Assembly (NCBI GenBank): GCA_977030845.1 | Contig: OZ365116.1 | Span: forward strand, 17,670,001-17,734,000 | DNA: 64,000 nucleotides | From: Fimbriosthenelais zetlandica | Taxonomy: Eukaryota | Reading direction: 5' to 3' | Notes under the pieces: generated by a model | Told to the model about the DNA's origin: nothing | Databases searched by the model: none | What the model saw: only the letters and a program-made list of their open reading frames with translations | Part shown: piece by piece, positions 40,062-51,576 of the stretch | How the letters are laid out: each line of letters begins with the position of its first letter | How positions within the stretch are numbered: the first letter of the stretch is position 1 | Made by a program: the position numbers and the translations under genes

Positions 40062-40342
40062 AATTACACTGACAAGTCTGTGTGTTAAAATAGCTGTTAC
40101 CCCAGTAATGATGCCATAGGCTACTCATGGTCTATTGATCTCTGGGTCATAGTTGTTTTTCTACTAGCCCACCCGGCCCAATAGGCTTTCCTGTATAGTA
40201 TGCAATCAGGTCATAAAGGTCAGGAAGGCCATTCTTACACTCCTGACCAAACTGAGCCCCACTCCCCACCTTTTAAAATACATCCTAGCTCCTCCCTACA
40301 TAGTTATTATTTGGGTGAATGGCCATTTATATCTGCACCCAC

Positions 40343-40597
40343 CTGTTTGAGGAATTGGTTTTCCTCGCGGGGATTCCTGGGTCGTGAGGTCCATTTATCC
40401 ATGTTCCTCCTGATATAGGCAGTCACGGAGTCAGTATCCTCAGATCCACCTTGTACAAAGTCCACCATACCATACACTGTAGCTCCATCAGCCGTCTTCC
40501 TGGTCACCCTCACCTCGCCTCGCTGACCACTAGCGGCCGCCTCACACTGAGAGTACAGCCCCGACAGATCCACCAGGTAGTTGGTTTCATCTAGTAA
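40343..40597 (-). CDS. Secreted CAP/SCP-like protein (gene B), exon 3
   Basis: Acceptor ttctcatgtag|TTA and donor CAG|gtgggt. 255 nt, phase 0-0, open. Encodes LLDETNYLVDLSGLYSQCEAAASGQRGEVRVTRKTADGATVYGMVDFVQGGSEDTDSVTAYIRRNMDKWTSRPRNPREENQFLKQ. Confidence 0.85.
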
Positions 40598-40933
40598 CTA
40601 CATGAGAACAGTAATGTTAATATGAGTAGGTAGTTGCAGTATAGACATAAATTACATAACTTAAACGAACTATAAAGCCTGACACCTACTAGTTTCACGA
40701 TATAATGCACTGAGATAGCAGTTAAGACAGGATATATGTCATAGAGAAATACCTAAAATCCAGCCCAAATTCATTTCTACCCCTTGGACAAACTGACAAA
40801 TTGAATACATTTGAATAAATTGAATTAATTTGAATATGGATAAATTCTGGCTACATTGCACCCCCTAGGTTCCTATAATTATATAACATAGATTGCCTAG
40901 ATTATGTGGCTTTGAACGCTCTGCTCAACTGAC

Positions 40934-41062
40934 CATACTGGGGTTGACTTCTTGGAATTTTGCGGTCGTGTCATATTCTGCCTGAACTGGAAAAGACCGT
41001 CCTCCAAACCCTGCCATGACTGTAGCCAGGCTTATGGTCCATACGAGCACAGAGAAGATGAG
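40934..41062 (-). CDS. Secreted CAP/SCP-like protein (gene B), exon 2 (signal peptide)
   Basis: Acceptor tgattttgtttcag|CTC and donor ATG|gtcagt. 129 nt, phase 0-0. Encodes LIFSVLVWTISLATVMAGFGGRSFPVQAEYDTTAKFQEVNPSM, with a hydrophobic h-region and a likely cleavage after VMA. Confidence 0.82.
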
Positions 41063-41271
41063 CTGAAACAAAATCAGATTATTTACCTCCACCCTCTAAT
41101 TACTATACCTTTTTAGCATTAATTTACAGATGAATAATTTCGCAAACAAAATGATTAAATCTATATTGTCTTGAGAAATTGGAAGATCTATCATTTTGCA
41201 AAAAAAAAAGAGGGAGAGCAAATTTATGTGGTCCTAATATATACTAAAAGACTTAAGAGATAAGGACTTAC

Positions 41272-41277
41272 TTCCAT
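41272..41277 (-). CDS. Gene B, exon 1 coding part (Met-Glu)
   Basis: ggaaaATGGAA|gtaagt: purine at -3, perfect donor, phase 0, about 125 nt downstream of a TATA box. Confidence 0.75.
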
Positions 41278-41402
41278 TTTCCAACCCTTTTTGAGCAAAG
41301 CTTTCCAGAGAAGATAAAGCAGCGAACCAGTAGTAAAAGTAAGGCTATCTGTGTGTGTGCGTTGGGCAGCTGGACCATGCATGCCTTCCCTCCTACCCCT
41401 CC

Positions 41403-41452
41403 TTATATATACCCACAATCCCTCCCCATTGGCTGCTGGTTGCCATGGCAAA
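41403..41452 (-). promoter_or_regulatory. Core promoter of gene B: TATA box, CCAAT box, RFX X-box
   Basis: TATATATAA 41411-41403 (minus), CCAAT 41432-41428 (minus) and GTTGCCATGGCAAA 41439-41452 (13/14 match to the X-box palindrome), in canonical order upstream of exon 1. Confidence 0.65.
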
Positions 41453-44400
41453 TAAGATCCCATTTAATAATCGATCCAATCACCGCCCTCCTCTCTCTGT
41501 CTTCCTGTCAGAAATTGAAAGGAAATTAGGGAAATATATGCGAGAGGGGGCCCGAATTTAGCATGTGTCTACAGTCCCTCTATAGTATGATGGGTGCTGA
41601 CACTAAATACCCATGTCCTATAGAACGAACTGGTCAATACTACCTTATTGATCTATATTCAGGAGTTTTTTTATATTCCAAAGAAGAGTGGAAGATTTAT
41701 AGTACCACAGACTCCTTTCTGCCAAAAGTACTGAATTTTATAAATATTTGGAATTTAAATCTCAATTTTTCACACTACCAGTACTTTAGTTTTCAAAAGT
41801 GAAAACTTTTTGCGATTTATGATATTTAGGCAGGCACAAGACTCGCAAAAGGGCCTCAAAACCTGGATTTTTGTGATCACAAAATTAATGTAAATCGTCG
41901 AAGCCATGGTCATGTTTCCAAATGGCTGGCGTTGAGGAGGGTGAGTGTTAGTGTCAGAATAAATCCCTCTTTACCCCACACATTATGCATGGTTGATCCC
42001 TTACCAAGCCCCGGATCAACCATCCAGCCCCTCTCTTCCCCTCCATCACTATACCCCATACCCCTCTACATCCCTCATTTCACTATCTTTATGTTATTGA
42101 CGAGGCCTTTAACTCTATTGTAAACCTTCATTTTAAACTCCATATTTTGAATGGTAGTTTCTTTATAGGATATAGAAATATTATTTCTAGAGGAATTTCT
42201 AAATGGCACTCGCGTGGCTTTAAATTTTACCATGAGCAAGTTTGATATTCAAGGGATGGGTGCATTAATATTCTCAAGGAAACTTATCAAAGTGAGTTAT
42301 TTCAACATGGAATTTCATTTCTGTATCTATTTGAATAGCTTGAGGGTGTGTTAGTGAGACAAGGCTGTGAGGGAGGGCAGGGTGAGGGGTGTGATTTACA
42401 TGTATAAGATTAAATCTCTCATAGATGGCATGGGCCTGGCTTTAGTCTGGTTCCCGCCTGGTGGCACCTCTATAGCTCCCACCATTTTACAGTAATAGCC
42501 ATCTCTACAATAATGCCCGCTCCACCGTGTTTTTTTTCATCCCAGCTCTTTCCCTTAAATTGCTCTCCCCTCCTGCCCTTGTGTTCTCTCTCCTACATGC
42601 CCTTGCTATCTCTCTCCTACCCTTTCCCTCCAACTATACCTAGGTAATTCTCATGCTTGTACAACTGGTATCCATGAATCAGATTTTATTCCTGATTCTG
42701 ATGTCATTTATGCCTCACACCATTACTATAATTGAGACAATTCTATTTAGTGCTAGATGTCCCCATCCAGAAGTCACCACACCAAAAGGCATTGTTGCAT
42801 TACTTGTCTACTTTTGGTGTTTAGTATGATGTTCGTCCATGCACCAACTGTTTGTCAAGAAGTCCAGTTGGTCTTATGTCATACACAGATGGCACTAGTC
42901 CCACGGTGCTCCAGTCAGTCCTTATACCCGTCCCACATATAGCCATCTGTCTGTTCTGATCCACTCTATATGACATGGACAAATAAATCATAGCTTCCTT
43001 ACTCAGCTTGTACTGATGTATTCAAGTACTGATACCACTTGGTATGATCCCTGACATTGAGGCCCAATTACATATACTACTTACTAACTCAGAGCACAAG
43101 GAGATAGGCACTACATTGTGAGAATTCATTCATATTAGGAATTAGTGGATGTTAGATTGAAATTAGAACATGTCAGAGCATCCAGGCCATGTGAAGTGGA
43201 GGGGGTGATGATGGGTGTAGTGGGGGGTTATTGGGTGGGGGTATGAGGGGGTGGCAGTAGATCTATATGGGTGATGGAGTGGGGTGTGGGGGCCCGTGTC
43301 GGGGTGGGGGTTGTGGGGAGCCTGGGATGTGGAATGTGTCTGTGAGACACTGATATGAAAACTCGGGCAGTGAGACAGACGCCCAGGAGGAGATGGGGAT
43401 CAATTAACACAATGGCATTCTGTTACACGTGTACCCGGACGTACTGGAGGACCCAGGAGACGTCCACTACACACACACACTCACACAGACAGTACAAAGC
43501 CGACTCACTCCACACACACATGACTAAACTCCAGGGTCCTCAATAATCATACTCATCATAAAATTTCATCAAATTAGGATTTTTAAAATTAAATCTAGAA
43601 GGATGAGGGAAGACAGATTTGTGTTTACCACTTTATTATTCATTACCTATGAAATGAGCCTGTCACACCTTCATTCTGAGATGCTTTAGCTTTTAGTAGC
43701 AACATGAAATACACAAAGGATTACGCCTCTTCATACACATTACACAAAGTCCAGACAAATGTCTCTAATAACTGGCAAACCATTGAATAAAGGAACGATA
43801 GAAATTACCAAATTGAGGCAAAGAAAGCAGATAAATTTTGCACGATTATGAAATTTTCACGTTGCTTTAAGTATATATTAAAGCCTTTTAACAGTAACTA
43901 GGAACATGCCGAAAATATAAGTAGATTTATGTTATTGCTACGATATATTTTATAAGATTGATTAACAACAATAATTGCCTTTGCTATGACAGAATACAGT
44001 CTTGCATTTGGTGATTATTAAACTGTTATTACATAAATCATTTCCACATCAGGATTTTAATGAGTCTTAGATATTTGACAACATTTTCAGTTATAATTAT
44101 GCGAGGAATGGAATATGGGATATTCTAAAGATTTTATTTTGAAATGAATACATTTCCGTGTTAAATCACAGCTAAATAGCTGTGTGTGTATAGGTTATAT
44201 ATCCACTGAACCAGAAATATTTAAAATTGTGAACAAAGCCTTTACAAAGATTGGTAACGAACAAGGATTTGATATGTTACAATGCATGATACTGGTGTAC
44301 AATAACATCTCAGTCTTTTTCTATAGTTCAAAAAGAAAAAGACATTCTGTGTACACCACTATAAGACATGTATCAAATGCACCACCTAGAATAAATATTA

Positions 44401-46548
44401 TTCTCTTCTTATCTGTAAATTACATAATATTATCATTTTTATATTTAATAATTACAAATACCTTACTAAAAATCATAACATATATCTCTTTATCGCATTG
44501 TAGACCATGCTGCTTACAGATTAAGATATTCCCATTTTATAGCTTGTATTCCTCAGCATCGTTTAGAACCCACTGTTACTCCTCTTAACAATGACCTTTG
44601 TCATTAAAATAAGTGATGAAGCGCACGAGTATATAAATACATGTATGATGTTACATGATGTCCGAGGATGAAGTCATAAACAATAATGAGGCATATTTAT
44701 ATAATCTCCTCTGCATTCAGAGGAAAATGTGAAATATTGTGCGTCGGAGCAACTTGAAAAATTAGAAAAAAATGTAAAAAATAATTATAGAAAGTGGACG
44801 TCTGAAAGGGTTCTTGTTTGAACGCCTCTACATTTCTATGCTATGTGGCGACCTGATCGCTCCTAGTCCTTCCCTCCACTGCTGCTCGTGAGGAATTTCC
44901 GGTCATGTGGGTTAGGGACCATCCAATCACGACTTAGGGAAGTCTGGAAATAGAAGTCATGCCAAAGTTGTAGGACAGGGTGTCTCGGCAAGTCAAATAA
45001 AAGAAAACCTGATTGTGATTAATGTAGTAAATACCTTTCTATCCAGTAGTACAACTTATCTCCTCAGTACACTAGACTGTAGGCTAATATTGAGGCATAT
45101 TTGAGATATACTAGCTTGATTTTCTATTTGCCTGTTCTTTATTTTTGCTGACAAATTAGTATTTACTTGTATTTTCACGAAAATGCTGTAAAATTGGAAG
45201 CAATATTTAAAATTGGGAAAGATATCAAGTAACTATATCAAAAACTATGCAGACTTCTACTATAGTGATGGTGCCAAAAACCTATTATATGTTTTGTATA
45301 TTGCAAAATTGAAAAAGAAGAGAGCATTTTCTTAGCATGGTTTGTTGAGTATGAGGTGTTATTCGGTTTGTCTTTGTCAGTTTGTGAGATATTCCAGTCT
45401 TTTATGTACAAAGGGTTGGAGAGGTAAGAGCAATTATTGTTTAAAAGAGGATGGGTTGGGTTTTCTTGCATTTAGGGTGCATATGGCAAGAGGATAATCT
45501 GTACTAGCAGTTTCCAGACTGTGTGTTAATTGAATCCCACCAGGACATTTTAACACTTGCATAGTTAGACTGAATTCCCCACTATTCTATAATATGTAGT
45601 TCCCCATATTGGTATAATATAAAGTGGTATATAGTGGTGAATTTTGCAGTGCACAAGTTATCCTCCTGTATTTTTCTCTAAGGCCTTCGGGTGGTAATCT
45701 TGGATTGATTTAGATGATTTAGCTGATTCTATAGGCTGGTCGACAAATGGTTAATGGTATTCTAAATTTTAATTCGAGAATATGGCATTGGAAGTTTAGG
45801 GGGATTGGTTGCAGGAGGGTTATACACATGATCTTAACAATTATTGTAGTTTCTAAAATTATTTGTCTGGAAAAGTATTTTGGTATGTTGATGAGTGATT
45901 GGAATGAGGATATTTGTCATTGTTGGAGGTAGCTTGCATTGCAGTAACTAAGATAAGTGATGCAAAAGAAGATTTTATAGTTCATTGCTGTTGTAGGAAG
46001 AAAGGTATATGATAGGAGACCATATGATCACGTGCCTTGGATATATGATATATAGGCTAACACAGACATAGATGTAATATTATATAGAGAGATTTCCATG
46101 CGTACAATATTTGCTGTCAAGGCAATAATTCAACAATATACGAAGGCTTGTAAATACAGCATTTGGTCACATTTTCATTCGAGACCTGTCCACCGAAGAC
46201 AACAATGAGATTAATGACAAAAACAAGCGATAAGAAACAAAAGAGGATGTATAAATTAAATTAAACAACAGTGGGGATCACTACCACGATGTCAGTAGAC
46301 TAGATCTATACAATGGTGCATGGGCAACTGGGGGGGTCCATTTACAATGTATTAGTCCGGGGCTCAATGATATATGTATGGGTGTGCATTCACATTAGGT
46401 TCTACTAACATCTTTAATACCTTAGACTATGGCTATGTGTTATAACGATTAATGATATGTAAATGCTTATCTAAGGTGTTGTATGGACTGTAGTCGGTGG
46501 GGGTTTTGGTAGTCGGTCGGGGGGGACCTCTAATGCTAACTCACTGTA

Positions 46549-46624
46549 TTAAAAACTAGTGAAGTCCACATCGTCCACCATCGTATCATCTTGGCCATCT
46601 GCGCTGCTCTGGATTATGTGGGGG
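46549..46624 (-). CDS. Second CAP-like module (gene A'), last coding exon (acidic tail)
   Basis: Acceptor tttcactgcttttgtctttag|C, phase 2. Encodes (D)PHIIQSSADGQDDTMVDDVDFTSF*. Both other frames close earlier. Confidence 0.65.
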
Positions 46625-48313
46625 CTAAAGACAAAAGCAGTGAAACATGCAATAATGAACTATCCTCCCTCTCATTCATATAACATGCACTCTGAACACT
46701 GTCTACAATGTTCAACCTGACTAAGGCAATAACATAGGTTAACATGAGAGGCTTTACTAGATAAGTATATTATATACATCCACTACTTGGGTACTAATGT
46801 ATGTTGTACATTATATGGGTTTCATATTATGTATAGTTCATGGATTTTGGAAAATAGGAATCTGTTAAATTGTAGATATTCTGGATCGTTATAGCAAGAA
46901 AATGAGGGATTTCTTTCTTATTTGAATAGACAGTATAGTTGGTGGTTCTGATAATTTCCACCAGGTGTCTCGTCAGTACAGCGTTGAGTGACTAGTGACT
47001 AGAATACCTCTATCATAAAGCATTTATTACGAGTCTTAAGCCTTATGGCGTTCATGCAAAGACCAATACACCCTTGCAAACATTATAATATTATTATTCC
47101 CTCTTGTAAACTTTATCAATGGGACTTATCAGCATGCAGACTTATCAAAATACCAACCACACATTTTTGGAAAATAATTCAGATGCAAAAATGAAAAAAG
47201 GTATAGTTAAACAAAAATGAATTCTGTTTTTAAAGTAAGGATATTCAGCAAACAGTTCCATAATTTGAAACAGAAAAAAGTGTTGAAAAGAAAAGCAGTC
47301 CTTGGTATGATCTTTTATTTACACATAAAGTAATTTTCGAAGGCTTCTGATTGAACAAAGAAAGTTAAACTTGTTTTTTTCGAATTGATACTTGTAGGTT
47401 TTTTTGCATCCTTATTTTAGAAACGAAATCATAAAGAGAATAAAAACAAAATAAAAAGTACCAAAAACCCAATCAATATAGAAATAAACCAATTCATGTT
47501 GGAAAATCCCAAATAAGGAAATCATACATAAAATACGAATAAATATTCCTGAAACGCCCATTTTAGTAATTAGATGTATCCACACTGAGGGAGGAGAGGG
47601 AAAATCTTGTCCCAAAGTTTCATAAACTAAAACAAAATTAACAAAAGGGCATCGAAATAAGAATTAAAGGAGGATAGGAAGCAGCTTGGACGCTTTGGTA
47701 GATGGGTTAGACATGTAAGCTTTGATTATGAAGAGAATGAATAAAGACCATGTGAGATGAGATGTGGGGATGTGGTGGTGGGAAACTTAACTCAGCTATA
47801 ATAGCGAGTAAATGATGGGGCTCTCTATATAGAAGACAGGAAGGAAAGATGGAGGAATGTGAGAAAGAATGAAGTAAGGAAGCTATCAGAAAAAAGGGGG
47901 ACATCGTAGATAATCAGACAGATGCTGAATTGAAAAGAGATTGGCTGGTGAGGAAGAAATTGAGTATGAGATGATAGTGTGAAAGTGGGACAAAGTGAAG
48001 GGTCCGAAATGATAGATATGGGAGAGATTGGTGAAATACTGGATTTAATGAAGGATAAATGAAGATGAATATTAATATGATTAACAATATAAAAGTCCAC
48101 ATCACATGATGACATCCAGGTTTGGAAAGTCCAGAAAGAGGAGGAAGGTTTGGTGTGAGAAAAGGTGTAGAGAAGTAAAGGTATAGCCATGTACACATGC
48201 CTGCCTATGTTTGTATATCATATGGTGGTCAATAGAGATGTATGGAACATGACAACGTTACAATGGCAATTAAAGAGACCATATCTAATGGTAGCCTTAG
48301 TTCTAAGACTCAC

Positions 48314-48376
48314 TCCTCTAGGTCGTCCTCGACATGATGGCTTGGGGCGGCCGGCTTCTGGTTAGCTTCGGGAATC
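48314..48376 (-). CDS. Gene A', 63-nt phase 2-2 exon
   Basis: Acceptor ctgtgttgtttag|G and donor GA|gtgagt. The only open frame is (R)IPEANQKPAAPSHHVEDDLE(D), and its phase matches both neighbours. Confidence 0.65.
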
Positions 48377-51236
48377 CTAAACAACACAGTCACACGCAGA
48401 CAAAAAGAGATCAACAACAAGGTCTCACAAACAGAGGCACTGGGCTTTCTCTCTTTCTCTCACTGCTCTTCCACTGTCTTATAATATTGCCAGGTAGTAT
48501 AGGCAGTAGGCAGCAGGGTATAAACAGCACAGGTGGTGGTCCCTGGCTCTGTTTGAAATTTGGACATGTGGATATTTTGTTGGAGTTGCAGTTATTTGGA
48601 CAGGTGAAGGTATATTGAAGATGCTTGGGTTATCTATGGAAGATAATCTCATAGAGAGAATTATAAGAATCGAGGATTTGAAATGGCCAAATTATTGAAG
48701 AAAGAATTAAATCTAAATACTTTTATTTCGAAATGAATCCAGAATTGAGCTAGGGGTTTGTATGCTGATCATGAAGATGAAATATATTAAGTACAATAAT
48801 AGGATAGCAAGAAATCTGAAAGGTATTCTTCAAGCAATGTTTGTAATAAGATTGGGCCCTCCCTCCACTGGGAGCAAGATCTAATTATTTACATTTAATT
48901 AAATGGGACAAAAAGCTTTTGGAGCCCAGAGCCCCACCTGGTTTTATACACCTGCCTCCTACCTTTAACAGGTTAAAGCCAATGGGTATGTGTATGTGGG
49001 AGGTCTGTGCTTAGTAAAGGTGAACTCCGAGGCTTCACATAGACCCCGAGGGCTTTGTATGCCTGAGGGCCTTAGAGAGCAAGCAAATCAGAAGCCCTTC
49101 ACTGCTTCTTTAAACAAGAACCTCTCGACAGCAAGGGAGAACAGAGAAACACTTTGACAGCACAAGTATACAAGTTAAAATCAACAAATTACTTGACTCG
49201 GATAGGTGAACAATGGTCTAGAAAAAGTTAAATCTATCAGCTGGTATAAATGATAGCAGTGTAAATCATTTTGTATGTATAAGTGAACTTAGCGAGGATT
49301 CTATGATAGTGTTTGATAATAAATTCATATGTTATAAGCAGAACAGAACAAACATGACAATGGTGATGAGAGCACTCTGATTTCTTTTACCTCTATAAAT
49401 AATAGCAAATTAAAATTCCATCAGAAAACCTTTCTTCAAAATGATCTTGAAAATATCCCCCTTCACCCCAACTCGTTTCAAAACATCATTGATAATAGTG
49501 TGATACTTGCACATGAACATAAACCTCTACACTTTCATGTGTAAGGCCAACACTGAGTGTTTAGAGATAGGAGATACACATCTCACTGAAACATGGTGAG
49601 TTACCTCCAATCTCCAGCCATGTGGAAGACGGTGAGCCCACCACCTGATAACCCCCTGCCCCCTCTAGTGGCAAACTGGATAACCATCCTCAGGCAACTC
49701 AAAATCTTCACTTGAGGTCCACATATTTTGACAGAAATGAAACCAAAATATCAATGCAGGATATAAGTTAACCCACCTCTACTTAATAAAACTTGCAGCC
49801 TCTATATAATGGAAAGATAGTTTATGAAACATGTTTTTTCATATTCAATAAGAATATTAATTTCAATGGTGAAATATAATGCTATGTGAACAAGGTTTTT
49901 GTGTTACCATCTGAGTTTTAATTTAGTGTCCTATTTAGTGTCTTAAATATTTTCCATACATATTCAATAGTTTCAATTTCTACGAAGCTATTATATGTTA
50001 TCTTCTGTATTAAATGTGTTGACAACACACACATGTTCCATGTCACAAATTTGAAGCCAGCACATGAATAAGTGGTGCCTCAGGGGCAGATGAAATATAT
50101 TCCGCCATAAGTGACATGGCAAGTAAACCATCGAGATTGTGGCATCGTGAGTTATTCATTTCTCAGCTCCACCTGTGTCTGTGTGTAGAGATTCTTATCT
50201 TAATCGTAAGCTTGATCTATTGTGATGCCCGTATTTCCGTCACCATTTGAATCCAAAGTGCCAACTAGCTGTCATATGGATATAATATATAGGCTCCATT
50301 TTAACTCTTGCTTGATACATTACAGAGACAATTTTATAATCAGGTTTATATTCTCAGTAATTACATTTTCATCATAAAATGTGTTACCATCATAATTACA
50401 ATGAAAAATTTTATAAAAATTCCTATTTCAAACCATTTATTTTTTAATTTGGACTAACTTGAGGAAGTACTATACAGTAAAGATAGACTTTACCTAGTAC
50501 ATTTTAATATCAGTGTAGATTTAATTTGAAGTAATATTATTTTCCTGGAAGTGGGCCATTGCCCTGCTTATTTCTAGGTGGTCACCCTTTAGAGTAAGCA
50601 AGAGTGACAAATTGGGTGGCGAGGTGAGCATGGCAGGTTGTGGAGCACGTGTAAAGATAACCTGTACAACTTCTAGTAATGGATCATACATTAGTCTAAT
50701 GAAAGAGATTCCTCCCTGGCAGGCGGGCCAACTCCCACTGCTACCTCAACACATTCCCCCAATGTATGTCCACCAATACATTATTTTTGGAATCCATAAT
50801 CTCGAAACTGATATTGAGTTACCCTTTGAAAACAGATCATGGTTGGGACGTAGATTTATTGGAAATATATGTGGTATATTCCCATGTGTATGAGTTTCCT
50901 TGTCAGGAAATATCCCTATATTTATCATTGTGTATTTTATCAGCTGCAGTTTAAGATAAATGTCAATTTAAAAAGATTTTAGGTGCTCTTCATCCGTCAT
51001 TGTCTATTGTAAAACATTGAAAAAAGGTGTTTGGTGGAGGGGAAATGGACAACACATGAATACTGTTGAAAACATTGCTTCTCTCCAGACAACAAAGTTG
51101 CACAGTTGGGTAATAGATTGTTTCAATATAGTGACAAAAAGGCTCTGGTGTGAACGTGTAGAAGCAAACTCTATAAACAAGAAAGAGAAGGATGTGATTT
51201 TTAATGAAGTTGAAAACGTTTTCTTTTTGAACTCAC

Positions 51237-51322
51237 CTAAAGATACAGGCTACGACCACGTATTGCTGGCCTGCGTCCAGACAGTCTGGTATCACTGAGC
51301 AACCAACCTCCTTTGTGGGGAT
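51237..51322 (-). CDS. Gene A', CAP-like C-terminal exon
   Basis: Acceptor aaacatttacacag|ATC and donor TTTAG|gtgagt. Encodes IPTKEVGCSVIPDCLDAGQQYVVVACIF(R), homologous to gene B exon 4. Confidence 0.75.
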
Positions 51323-51513
51323 CTGTGTAAATGTTTAATTAAGTGATATACAGTAACAACTTAGCAACAATGTATGATCAAGCTTTTATAATATACTTGA
51401 TCCTGGCAAAAATATTCTCATTGATATAGATAATTAAGGATCATGTTTATATTAAAATGGAAGAGATTTAAAATGTGAAATCCGATCAGCAGGCAATGTG
51501 ATTTTACACATAC

Positions 51514-51576
51514 CACTCTCATTATACTGTCATGGATTGTAATAGCGGTATTTGGGGCCTCCTGGCCATACCAGTC
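51514..51576 (-). CDS. Gene A', candidate linking exon
   Basis: Donor GTG|gtatgt, phase 0. Encodes DWYGQEAPNTAITIHDSIMRV, which puts His 14 residues before the Cys of TKEVGC, as in CAP HFTQVVWxxTxxVGC. The acceptor is uncertain (51576 phase 0 or 51584 phase 1). Confidence 0.5.

Noticed and set aside
44184-48198. Hydrophobic or Ile/Phe-rich ORFs in AT-rich and purine-biased DNA
   Set aside because: Compositional artefacts with no splice or motif support.
48950-50810. Additional phase-2 exon candidates for gene A' (SFEIMDSKNNVLVDIHWGNVLR; PSGIQSPRGLCEASEF...*)
   Set aside because: One has weak splice sites, the other ends in a stop and competes with the better-supported 48376 and 46624 exons. 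Neither is needed for frame continuity.
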